This document shows positions 1 to 9,702 of a stretch of 64,000 bases of DNA, piece by piece. A program made the translations under genes and the position numbers. The DNA is taken from contig OX597824.1 in assembly GCA_951406725.2 (NCBI GenBank), forward strand, positions 4,092,001 to 4,156,000, given 5' to 3'. The first letter of the stretch is position 1; every line of letters begins with the position of its first letter. Origin of the DNA: Octopus vulgaris (taxonomy: Eukaryota). Under the pieces are notes generated by a model that ran no database searches, was not told where the DNA came from, and was given only the letters and a program-made list of their open reading frames with translations.

Positions 1-267
1 AATAATAATAATGTATCCATCATAAAAATTAACAAGTCTAAGTAAACATTCTAATTGCTTCTTCTTCTTTGGTGGTGTTATGTCCATATTTCTCACAACT
101 AAATGATGATCAGGGAATAAACCTTCCTTTGTCAGCCTCTATCCCTCATAAGATAATTCACCATATCTAATTCTAACCCTTTTATGCTCCTGTTTGTCAT
201 ACAATGTAAATTTTCAACAGTTTTAGCATCAATGCATACACTATATTGATAAGCACTATATTAATAA

Positions 268-498
268 GGCAGCAAGCTGGCAGAAACGTTAGCACCCTGG
301 GCGAAATGCGTAGCCATATTTAGTCTGCCGTTACGTTCTGGGTTCAAATTCCGCCGAGGTCGACTTTGCCTTTCATCCTTTTGGGGTCGATTAAATAAGT
401 ACCAGTTATGCACTGGGGTCAATGTAATTGACTTAATCCCTTTGTCTGTCCTTGTTTGTCCCCTCTATGTTTAGTCCCTTGTGGGTAGTAAAGAAATA
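268..498 (+). mobile_element. tRNA-derived SINE, family 1 (GCCTTTCATCC...GTACCAG central domain), full length
   Basis: A-box-like AGCTGGCAG, B-box GGTTCAAATTCC, central GCCTTTCATCCTTTTGGGGTCGATTAAATAAGTACCAG resembling the Meta-type SINE domain, 3' end GGGTAGTAAAGAAATA; closely similar copies recur across the window. Confidence 0.85.
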
Positions 499-499
499 T

Positions 500-1230
500 A
501 TATTGATAAGCAATGATATCATCATCTTCTCTCTGGAATTTAGTATCAGTCTGTCTTAATTCTGTACGGTAGACATGACAATCATAAAAGAGCCATTGGT
601 GTATTTATCATGGTAACTTCTCCTGCTTTTGAATACATTTTATTTGATGATAAGATCACTTTCAATAGAATTCATCACAAACAATTTATGCGATAGAGAG
701 AATGAAATATCGATAAAGTATCTGTAGTTGGATAAGAATCGGCAAATGTTTCTTCATTTTTAAACCTCTTTTATTGTCTGCACAAATCCTAAGATCTCTG
801 TCCCTACTTTTTCACAGCCACAAAAGGAATGGCCCTTAAACTCCTTCAGAAAAAGGAACTCTTCTCAAGACCCTTTATTAATGTTTCTTCAGTTTCACTT
901 TGATTAATGATTGAATGGGTTCTGGCAAAAGCTTGCTCTCCAAATAATAAGGCCTAATATTTCCTTTGGGGACAATGTTACCCTTAACATTTTTTAGTCT
1001 CCTAAACTGTGTTGGAGTTTCAATTGTTAAATTCTCAACATTCATCACCTTCAAATCAAGGAGACCCTATTTTTTCGTTTTGAAATTTAGCAGCAATAAC
1101 ATTCACAGCCTCCTCCACTCTTGTCTCACTTTCATTTAATGCATCAAACTTTATGAGTGATCCATCAAATTGTTTTAGTTTGCTATCAACACTTTCTTAA
1201 TTTTGGCTTCTTCAGAGTCAACCAGATATT
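500..1230 (-). mobile_element. Possible highly decayed LINE 5' region (ORF1 and start of APE)
   Basis: Minus-strand translation gives only weak patches reminiscent of L1/CR1-type ORF1 and APE; many stops and frameshifts. Confidence 0.2.
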
Positions 1231-2359
1231 CTAACACACTCTCTCTCTCCGCACCCATCTACATACACACACACACCCATAAATATACATCAATAGCAAT
1301 ACACACACACACACATATATACATGCACACATAAAAATACACATCAATATCAATACACACACACACACACACACATTTTGATGAAATAGAGAAATAGAAA
1401 TAGCCAAGAAAGAGCGAACTACAAAAGATATTAGATTTATAATATTTCAAGCAGCCATGGCGTTTGAACACCACTGGAGGCATTCTGCTGACCCTTCAGG
1501 CTCAGCTAACATAATTAGCGACATAATTAGCTCTTGCTACTAGTGTAAGGCTTCTCATCTAATTAAAGAATCAAGTGTGTGTGTATGTATATATGGTGAG
1601 GTAGGCGATGCAGTGTTGAACCATCATTTCAAGAGCTGTGGACTTACATCAAATGCACGTATCCGTTCTTATCTTCTGTCTCTGAGCATCACACTTATTT
1701 CTGCATTGTTTAGGTGACCTTAGCCGTAAGAAATAAGTCCGAGATCTTCCAAGACATTCCCTTCATAACTACACAGTTATCAGGTTCAAGTGACTTAGTT
1801 ATGAGTCTGAGTTCTTTAAAAAGTTCACTTTACAAGTAGTACATAATTTTGAGGTTCTGGCTATGAGAAATCAGTCCTCGAGATTCACCTTGCCATGGTG
1901 ACACTGTGTGGCCCCTTAAACAAACATCATCTGCCATAGTCTTGCAATGACCTCAGCCTTGCGAAGGAAATTTATTTTATGAGAAACTGTGTGGAAGACT
2001 GTTGGATGTACACAGACACACATATATGCAGAGGCTTCTGCACAGTTTCTGGTGATTGAATTCTGCTTGTGTGATACGACATAGTTGGGAAATGAGAGTA
2101 CCATGGAGTGCTGTGGGGAAGTACGAATAGATAGGGCATGAAGGTGTGTGGGTGGTGTGAAGGGATCAAGGGAGTAGGGTAAGTGAAATGAATGGTCAGA
2201 TTGTGTCCATGTACATTTGCACAGCAAGAGTCAGGTGTGAATATGGTGTTCCACCTGTGTGCTGGTGTGGTGTGTGTTAAGAGAGTGTAGAGATGGGGAG
2301 GATTTTGAAGTGCATATGGAGGTACTTATCAGGTGTGTGTGGGGTCGCTTGTTTTAGCA

Positions 2360-3300
2360 GGAATTCAGCTCAGTTATTAATCCTGCCTGGGGATAGTTGT
2401 GTTGAAGTAGAAACTGAATTGCTGTCCATGATACAAACTGAGTATAAGACTTCCATATTCTAAATAATTAGATGGATTTGGAAATGGCCCGAAGGATTAA
2501 TGGGCTGGGCTACAATCCTCACTGATCTTGTCTTATTGTGACATATATCCAGGAAGTATTCTTTAAGATAACTGGTCAGTCAGCCAGCCACTGGCCAATT
2601 TTTCCAGTATACAATGACCTGCAGAGTTGATATTTTATGCAACGGATGATGTTTGAGATGGCAGGACAAGCTTGGTGCATGTGTCGGGTGGTGATATTCT
2701 GGATGAAGGAACAAGTGTTGCAAGAGGAAGGGGAGTAGTTAAAAAGGGTCCAGGTTGGGTGTGGTGGGAAATGAACGAACTGTGGACAAGAAGGCCGCAT
2801 CTGAAGGAAGGGAGGAAAGATGTGAGCGATAACAGGGCTGGATTGAAGGAAATGGAAGTTCTGGAAGGTCCATAAGAGGATGGTCCATAAGAGGAAGGTC
2901 CATAAGAGGTGGCAGAATGGAAAATATGGGGGACTGGAAGGTGCTTGGCAGGAGGGTAAATATACAGTAGGAAGATGAAGATGGAGTGAACAGAGCAGGT
3001 GTTAATGGTGGGGCAGCAGGAGTGAGTGGTTGGTGGTAACCACATTGTATAAAAGTGATGTGAGTAACTGAATCAGAGTTTGATGTAACCACAATGGTTA
3101 GAGAGGAAGGTTTGATGTGAGTGCAGTTGGAGAGATTGAGTGAGATGACTTGAGTTGGAGTGAGATGTCCAGGAAGTTAACAGAAGTGGTGGATATGGTG
3201 ATGTGAATTTTAGGAAATAGTGGTAGAATTTAACAAAAAAAAGGATAAAGGCAGGGATCTACTTGTTGGGTAATGAAAGCGACCCTGGGTATGGTTGTTG
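2360..3300 (-). mobile_element. Decayed Penelope-like retroelement: RT C-terminus, CxxC linker and GIY-YIG endonuclease
   Basis: Frameshifted minus-strand peptides in PLE order: LKFT / ISTTSVNFLDISL / THIKPS (about 3100-3215), FLPSFRCGLLVHSS, CNTCSFI, CRSLYTGKIGQWLAD, LKEYFLDI..VAQPINPSGH, QQFSFYFNT then AGL (about 2375-2430). Confidence 0.8.
2868..2910 (+). repeat. 15-bp tandem repeat x3 (GGTCCATAAGAGGA[T/A]) inside the PLE remnant
   Basis: Read directly; gives the SSYGP repeat in ORF 2635..3045. Confidence 0.9.
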
Positions 3301-3467
3301 ATATAATTGGCAGATAGATTTACAGTGTAGTAGTAAGTGTTGGTGAAAAGGGTGGAGATCTTGATTTTAAATTATATAAAAAAATGCTTTTAAGATGGCT
3401 GACTCATTAGATCAGATTAACAAAACATGAGAGTAACACAGAAACAGCTTGGTTCTTATTTTCCAGA

Positions 3468-3948
<481 letters not shown>

Positions 3949-4183
3949 TGAAATAATTCTATTTTTTACATTTCTTAATCCTGGTTGAGATAATATTTTG
4001 ACATTGTGACCAATCAGTCCATGAACATGGTATTGTCTCTGAATTAAATTATTCTTTTATACGTTTCTCAATGTTTCTGTAACTGTCTGACTATTTATGA
4101 CTTACACTTCTATATTGAAGAGATGGGGAATTATCTACATTATTTACATTTGATGGATATTTGTCCTCATCTTGTTTGTTGTT

Positions 4184-4229
4184 AACACAACATTTCAGCT
4201 GATATACTCTCCATCCTTCATCAGGTGTC
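4184..4229 (-). ncRNA. Minimal type I hammerhead ribozyme motif, left arm of copy A (degenerate)
   Basis: Minus strand reads GACAC CTGATGA AGGATG...CAGCT GAAAT GTT GTGTT. Confidence 0.6.
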
Positions 4230-4524
4230 TTGGGGAAATTTCAACCCTGGGTTCTCATTCCTATGGTACTTTTCAATATTATTATTATTATTATTCAGGT
4301 CACTACCTGGAATCGAACTTGGTATCTTGGGATTAGTAGCCTGTGCTCTTAACCACTACACCCACAGGCATATAGCGTAGTGGTTAAGAGCACGGGTTAT
4401 TAACCCCAAGATTCCGAGTTCGATTCCAGGCAGTGACCTGAATAACAATAATAATAATAATAATAATAACAACAACATTGAAAAATACCTCAGGAATGAG
4501 AACCCAGGTTTGAAATTTCCCCAA

Positions 4525-4570
4525 GACACCTGATGAAGGCTGGATAGTATATCAGCCGAAATGTTGTGTT
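4525..4570 (+). ncRNA. Minimal type I hammerhead ribozyme motif, right arm of copy A
   Basis: GACAC CTGATGA A GGCTG gatagtatat CAGCC GAAA TGTT GTGTT. Stem I GACAC/GTGTT, stem II GGCTG/CAGCC; stem III palindrome AACGTT decayed to AATGTT. Confidence 0.7.
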
Positions 4571-4624
4571 AACAACAAACAAGATGAGGACAAATATCCA
4601 TCAAATGTAAATAATGTATTTCTG

Positions 4625-4840
4625 ACTTGTAATATTTCGTTTTGTGGTTTGGTTTGCAAGATTCTTTATATGAGTTCGTGTGTTGAAGCATATTCTGTTG
4701 TGTCTGGGGAGAGTCATTTTCTTTTTGTGCCTTATTATTTAACACTCATCGGTAAAATTTCCACTTCTTTCTTATTTTTTTTTTATTTTCCTAAAATTTT
4801 TGTTGCGTCTTGCAACCTTTTCAATAGTTTTGACTCTGTC
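4625..4840 (-). repeat. Probable interspersed repeat fragment with a hammerhead-like variant at 4790-4828
   Basis: Minus strand CTA TTGAAAAG GTTGC aagac GCAAC AAAAATTT TAG: stem II and stem I geometry but a non-canonical core. Confidence 0.3.
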
Positions 4841-5667
4841 CCTTATTTACGCTGTGTTCCCTTTTGTTTGTTTGTGCACATGTGTGTGGGTCAGTGTGTA
4901 TGCCTATACATGCATGCATGTACGTATGTATGTGTGTGTGTTTGCATGTGTATGTATGTATATATGTGTGTGTGTATGTATGTATATGTATGTATGTGTG
5001 TGCATCTGTATGTACGTATCCTGCATATTTATGTGCTTGCATGTCCGTGTTTGTGTATTTTCTATGTATGTGTGTGTAAGCATGTGTGTGTGTGTATGTA
5101 TGCACCTCTGTCTCCTTGTGTGTGCATGTCTGTGTGTGTGTGTGTTATGCAACTATGTACCTTGTTTGTATGTATGAATGTGCCTCTTTATATGTGTGGA
5201 TCCGTGTCTCCATATGTGTCTCTTCATATAGTCTATATACCTATCCGTCTGTATCTTGATCTATTTATTTTCATATCTATATGCTTACATACATAAAACA
5301 AAAAAAAGAAAAGTGCATACACACACACTCACACCCACATACCTACATACATTGATCCATTTATCTACCTAACAGTCCACTAACTATTCTACTCTACCTG
5401 TGTAAACTGTGGTTAAGGAGGAATGGTATTTATTGTGTATATTTCCTATTTAGTATTGGGGAGGTTTCATTTATAAGGACGTATTTGTAATAGTTTGATG
5501 GAAATCAAAGAATCACAATAAGAGACACAAGTAAATCCTTTTTTGAATAAACTGAAATTTTATTTCAAGGAATAAATTTTACAGGAAAAAAATGAGCAAA
5601 TAGACGCAAATACCTTTCCATTCGGATTATTTGTCTTCAAAAGTTTTGGAATTCACTTGACAGCTTA

Positions 5668-5845
5668 TTAGTTGCCATGCCATTTTGAAAAACTGATTTC
5701 AAATGGTGCTAGAGGGATGGCAGTATCTAAGCGCCAGAAGAGACCAGGTCCCCAATTAATGGCTGTGTCATGATGAATTTCATCTTGGTTGACAGAATCT
5801 CCTGCTTCTTTTGGCGGAGAATTAGGGCCAAAGCAACTGTAATAT
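5668..5845 (-). CDS. Putative last coding exon of an unidentified host gene (xYYSCFGPNSPPKEAGDSVNQDEIHHDTAINWGPGLFWRLDTAIPLAPFEISFSKWHGN*)
   Basis: Acceptor TTCTTATATTTGCAG at 5846-5860 (minus), 58 open codons of non-repetitive, more GC-rich sequence, tandem TAA TAA stops, possible donor AAG/GTATTT at 5613. Confidence 0.4.
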
Positions 5846-6293
5846 CTGCAAATATAAGAACATCAAGATTTGAGATTGCCAACACTAATATAAAGATACA
5901 CATACAAGTAGGTTCAAATACACACAGACACATTTTTACTAGGAAATTGTTGATAGTGACTTTGAAGTTTCAGCTCAGTTACCCTCATTTGAGAGTCTGA
6001 CAAAAGCAACTGAGTTGCAATTTTGATGTCCACTGACAAGCTTTTCTTTGTAAAAGTAAATGCATTATTTGTGCTTAAATAACAATTCGGCTAATGGATG
6101 TTTCTACATATAAACAGTAGACGAAAATGAAAATTAAAACACATACCAACCCCACCAACACACATTACAGACTATGAGCTTCACCTTTCAGCTTGATTGA
6201 CCCCCATCCCACCCACCAAAAAATAAAATAGAATAACAAACAAAAACAGAGGCAGCAATTTATATTTCATTTAATATATGTGTGTCTGTGTAA

Positions 6294-6524
6294 GGCAGCG
6301 AGCTGGCAGAAACATTAGCAGGCCGGGCAAAATGCTTTGCAATATTTTGTATGCCACTATGTTCTGAGTTCAAATTCCGCCAAGGTCGACTTTGCCTTTC
6401 ATCCTTTCGGGGTCGATAAATTAAGTACCAGTTACGCACTGGGGTCGATATAATTGACTTGATCCGTTTGTCTGTCCTTGTTTGTCCTCTCTGTGTTTAG
6501 CCCCTTGTGGGTAGTAAAGAAATA
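6294..6524 (+). mobile_element. SINE family 1, full length
   Basis: Matches 268-498; imperfect TSD ATATGTG(TG)TCTGTGT. Confidence 0.85.
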
Positions 6525-6737
6525 TATGTGTCTGTGTGTCCCCACACACACACTGTAAGTGTTATGTATGAAACTCTGAATCCTTGAGTCAGTTTGTAAC
6601 TTCTGCTGGTTTTAAATTACAAGATATTTATAATCAAGCGTTGAAAACTAATGTAATAAGTTCTATCTATCCCCTGCTTTTTCTCCCAAATTTATCTATG
6701 TATGTGTGTGTGTGTATGTGTGTGTGTGTGTGTGTAT

Positions 6738-6935
6738 ATACAAAATTTAGAGGACTGACCACTAAAAAAAAATGGACAGCCTATATGCTAGATATAGATG
6801 TTAGGCTGCCCATTTTTTTAGTGGTCAGTTCTCTAAATTTTGTATGTAAAAAAAATTTTAATCTTCGTTTTTTTTAAAAATATGCTTGGCCACTGGTTTT
6901 AATTAATATCAATTTCTACCCTTATTTAATTATAT
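6738..6935. repeat. Asymmetric foldback element (about 45-bp arms plus right-arm extension)
   Basis: 6738-6783 is the reverse complement of 6802-6845; sequence is related to 37880-38060. Confidence 0.75.
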
Positions 6936-7723
6936 ATATATATATATATATATGATCCAAAGTGTACAGTATTATATAATATGATGATATATGTAGCGAG
7001 AGAGAAAGGCAGAAAGTGATAAGCATTCTCTGTAAAGTTGCAGCCCATCAAAATAGTGAAGATGTAATTTCTAAGGGTTTGGACCCAAAAGTGATTTCAT
7101 GTCCCAAATAATATTGGTAAAAGCAGAGTTGTCTCCCTTCCAATCAACAAGGCTTTCAACTGTATTTGGCACAGAAATATCTTACAAATCTTACTTGTTC
7201 AAAACCTACTCACAAATAATAATAATTGCTATTATTTTAAACCTTTTGATAAACCCTTCCATTGCAGAATATATATCAATAAATCCTTCCCTAAGCCCCA
7301 TGCCTTTTTCAACAATAATTCTTTGTTGTGCTGGACCCATTGACATAGACAATGCTAAGCAGTAATCTTGGGGTTTATTCAAATCTTTTTCTTGAGAAAG
7401 GGATTTACGATTATTCTTTGTTTTATTCACTCTAACGATCTGTGTTGTTCCCACAACTATATTCTAGATGAGGGAACGAGGAAACCTATTTGTGGTCACT
7501 TGATCTGTTAGAAATAGCAGCCAAATGTTTCACAAATAATGTTCTACAATTTAGAAAAAAAAAAGCACAGTGGGTTATAGCAGTCCTTATCCACTACAAA
7601 GTGAAGGAAAAGATGGGATGGTCATAGCTGGAATGCTTTTGTTTAATATCCAAGTCAGCCCTGAATCAGAGCCAAGTTGGGTATTGAAGGAAAAGCTACT
7701 CCTAATCTCTCTCTCAATCTATC

Positions 7724-7796
<73 letters not shown>

Positions 7797-8324
7797 TAAT
7801 TGGTCTGTCTGTCTAACTCGCTATCTAGCCATCTAGCTACCTATCTTTCTGTCTATCTATCTATCTATCTATCAATTGATCAGTCTACTTGTTTGGCTGT
7901 CTGTCTGTCTGTCTCTCTCTCTCTATATATATATATGTGTGTGTGTGTGTGTATCACTATTCCTTAATAAATGCTAGGCATCACTACAAGAGTAATTCTT
8001 CAGTTAGAGAATGGAAAGAATGGCAGTCACTACCAATCTCGTGCAGTATTTTATTCCATACCAATGCGATCCCAGTACTAGGACTGGTTGTTTTACTGCT
8101 TCTTGTCTAAACAGCCAGTCTGTCTTCTTCTTTTTTGTTTTAACATTTCTATGATCTTATTATATTCACAGAATATAATTTGGTTGTTTAAAGAGCATTT
8201 GCTAGTAAAACTACATTTCTAGTCCATTACTATAGTTACTCGCATGTAAGTAAATAGTATTACCATTCAATCTAGTATTATACACCTTACTATTTACATA
8301 CCAGCACAATTGTCTCTCACTTAA

Positions 8325-8617
8325 TCCATATGGCTTAGTGGTTAGGGCAGTGGACTCGCAGTCATAGGATCGTAGTTTCGATTCCCAGACCGGGCATTGT
8401 GAGTGTTTATTGAGTGAAAACACTTAAAAGCTCCACGAGGCCCCAGGTGGTAACCCCTGCTGTATTATTTCACCAATCTTTCTTCCTGTTTCTGTTGTAC
8501 CTGTATTTCAAAGGGCCAGCCTTGTCACTGTGTCACGCTGAATCTCCCCGAGAATTACGTTAAGGGGTACACGTGTCTGTGGAGTGCTCAGCCACTTGCA
8601 TGTTAATTACAAGAGCA
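8325..8617 (+). mobile_element. tRNA-derived SINE, family 4
   Basis: A box TGGCTTAGTGG, B box GTTTCGATTCCC; body homologous to 62143-62392 on the opposite strand. Confidence 0.8.
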
Positions 8618-8652
8618 TGTTAATTACAATGAGAGATATTCAGCAACAGTTC

Positions 8653-8829
8653 TTGTTTGCCAACATAACATGGCAGTCCAGGTTTAGGACGAATGTTGCT
8701 GTAATTTAGCCCCAGGAGACATCGTCTCCAGCTGGCTATACGGCATGATCTCTATCCTTATGTCTCCTGGGACTAAATTACAGCAACATTTGTCCTAAAC
8801 CAGGACTGCCATGTTATGTTGGCAAACAA
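8653..8829. repeat. Foldback inverted repeat (about 70-bp arms, about 37-bp spacer)
   Basis: TTGTTTGCCAACATAACATGGCAGTCC...GGAGACAT pairs with ATGTCTCC...GGACTGCCATGTTATGTTGGCAAACAA. Confidence 0.85.
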
Positions 8830-9448
8830 TCTTTACTACAGTAATGATGAGGTATTAGACTGTGCACTCAAGGTTCGAGAAGATGAATAGAAGTGAGTGT
8901 AGGGCCCTCAAACTCTCATGGAATTGTAGGGCAGTTGTGGTACATGGTATGGCTTGGGCATTTTAAAGTGGTGGATCTCATTCCGCTCCAACTATGAACA
9001 CAACTGAGATAAAATGTATGAGCATGTGTGTGTGTGTGTGAAGAAGTGACCTCAGTTTTTAACTGGTACTTAATTTATGAAAAGTAAAGTGCACTGCAAT
9101 GGGATTTGAACTCAAGGTTCAGAGTCTCGGAATGAATACTGTACAGCACTGAATCCAACACTCTAACAATTATGCCACTTGACTATTGTGTGTGTGTGTG
9201 TGTGTGTGTGTGTGGAGGACTTTTAAATCACAAATGAATGTAATTCAGTCATCAACCTTCTTATACCCAGGAACAGGATATGCTACAAAATCCAAATGTT
9301 ACCACAGACAGGAGTCTGCCTCATCCTTTTTTCACACAATCTAATTTACCCTCTTTCCCTGTTTTCACTGGGCACACAAAAAAGGGTAAAGGATGATGTA
9401 TCATGGTCACTGAAAGACAGCCATGCTATCAGGATCTATATTCTTCCT

Positions 9449-9702
9449 TATTTCTTTACTGCTAAACACAGAGAGGACAAATGGATTAAACACAGAGCTA
9501 AACACAGAGAGGACAAACAAGGACAGACAAATGGATTAAGTCGATTATATCGACCCCAGTACGTAACTGGTACTTATTTAATCGACTCCGAAAGGATGAA
9601 AGGCAAAGTCGACCTCGGTGGAATTTGAACTCAGAATGTAACAGCAGACGAAATACCGCTAAGCATCTCGCCCGGTGTGCTAATGTTTCTGCCAGCTCGC
9701 CG
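9449..9702 (-). mobile_element. SINE family 1
   Basis: Reverse complement of the 268-498 family with a local duplication near the tail. Confidence 0.85.

Larger units (their letters stand above)
4108..4618. mobile_element. Head-to-head inverted dimer of a tRNA-head/(AAT)n/hammerhead element, copy A
   Basis: Arms 4136-about 4360 and about 4367-4618 are reverse complements. A box TAGCGTAGTGG 4373-4383, B box GAGTTCGATTCC 4416-4427, HHR motif in each arm, 28-bp tail 4108-4135 on the left arm only. Confidence 0.85.

Noticed and set aside
4367-4438. Functional tRNA gene
   Set aside because: Acceptor, D and T stems are imperfect, the anticodon loop varies between copies, and it is embedded in a repeat; treated as a tRNA-derived head.
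4649-5296. 215-aa Cys/Val-rich ORF
   Set aside because: Degenerate (TG)n/(TATG)n tract.
7206-7454. 82-aa minus-strand ORF as an exon
   Set aside because: No pyrimidine-rich acceptor and no recognisable domain.
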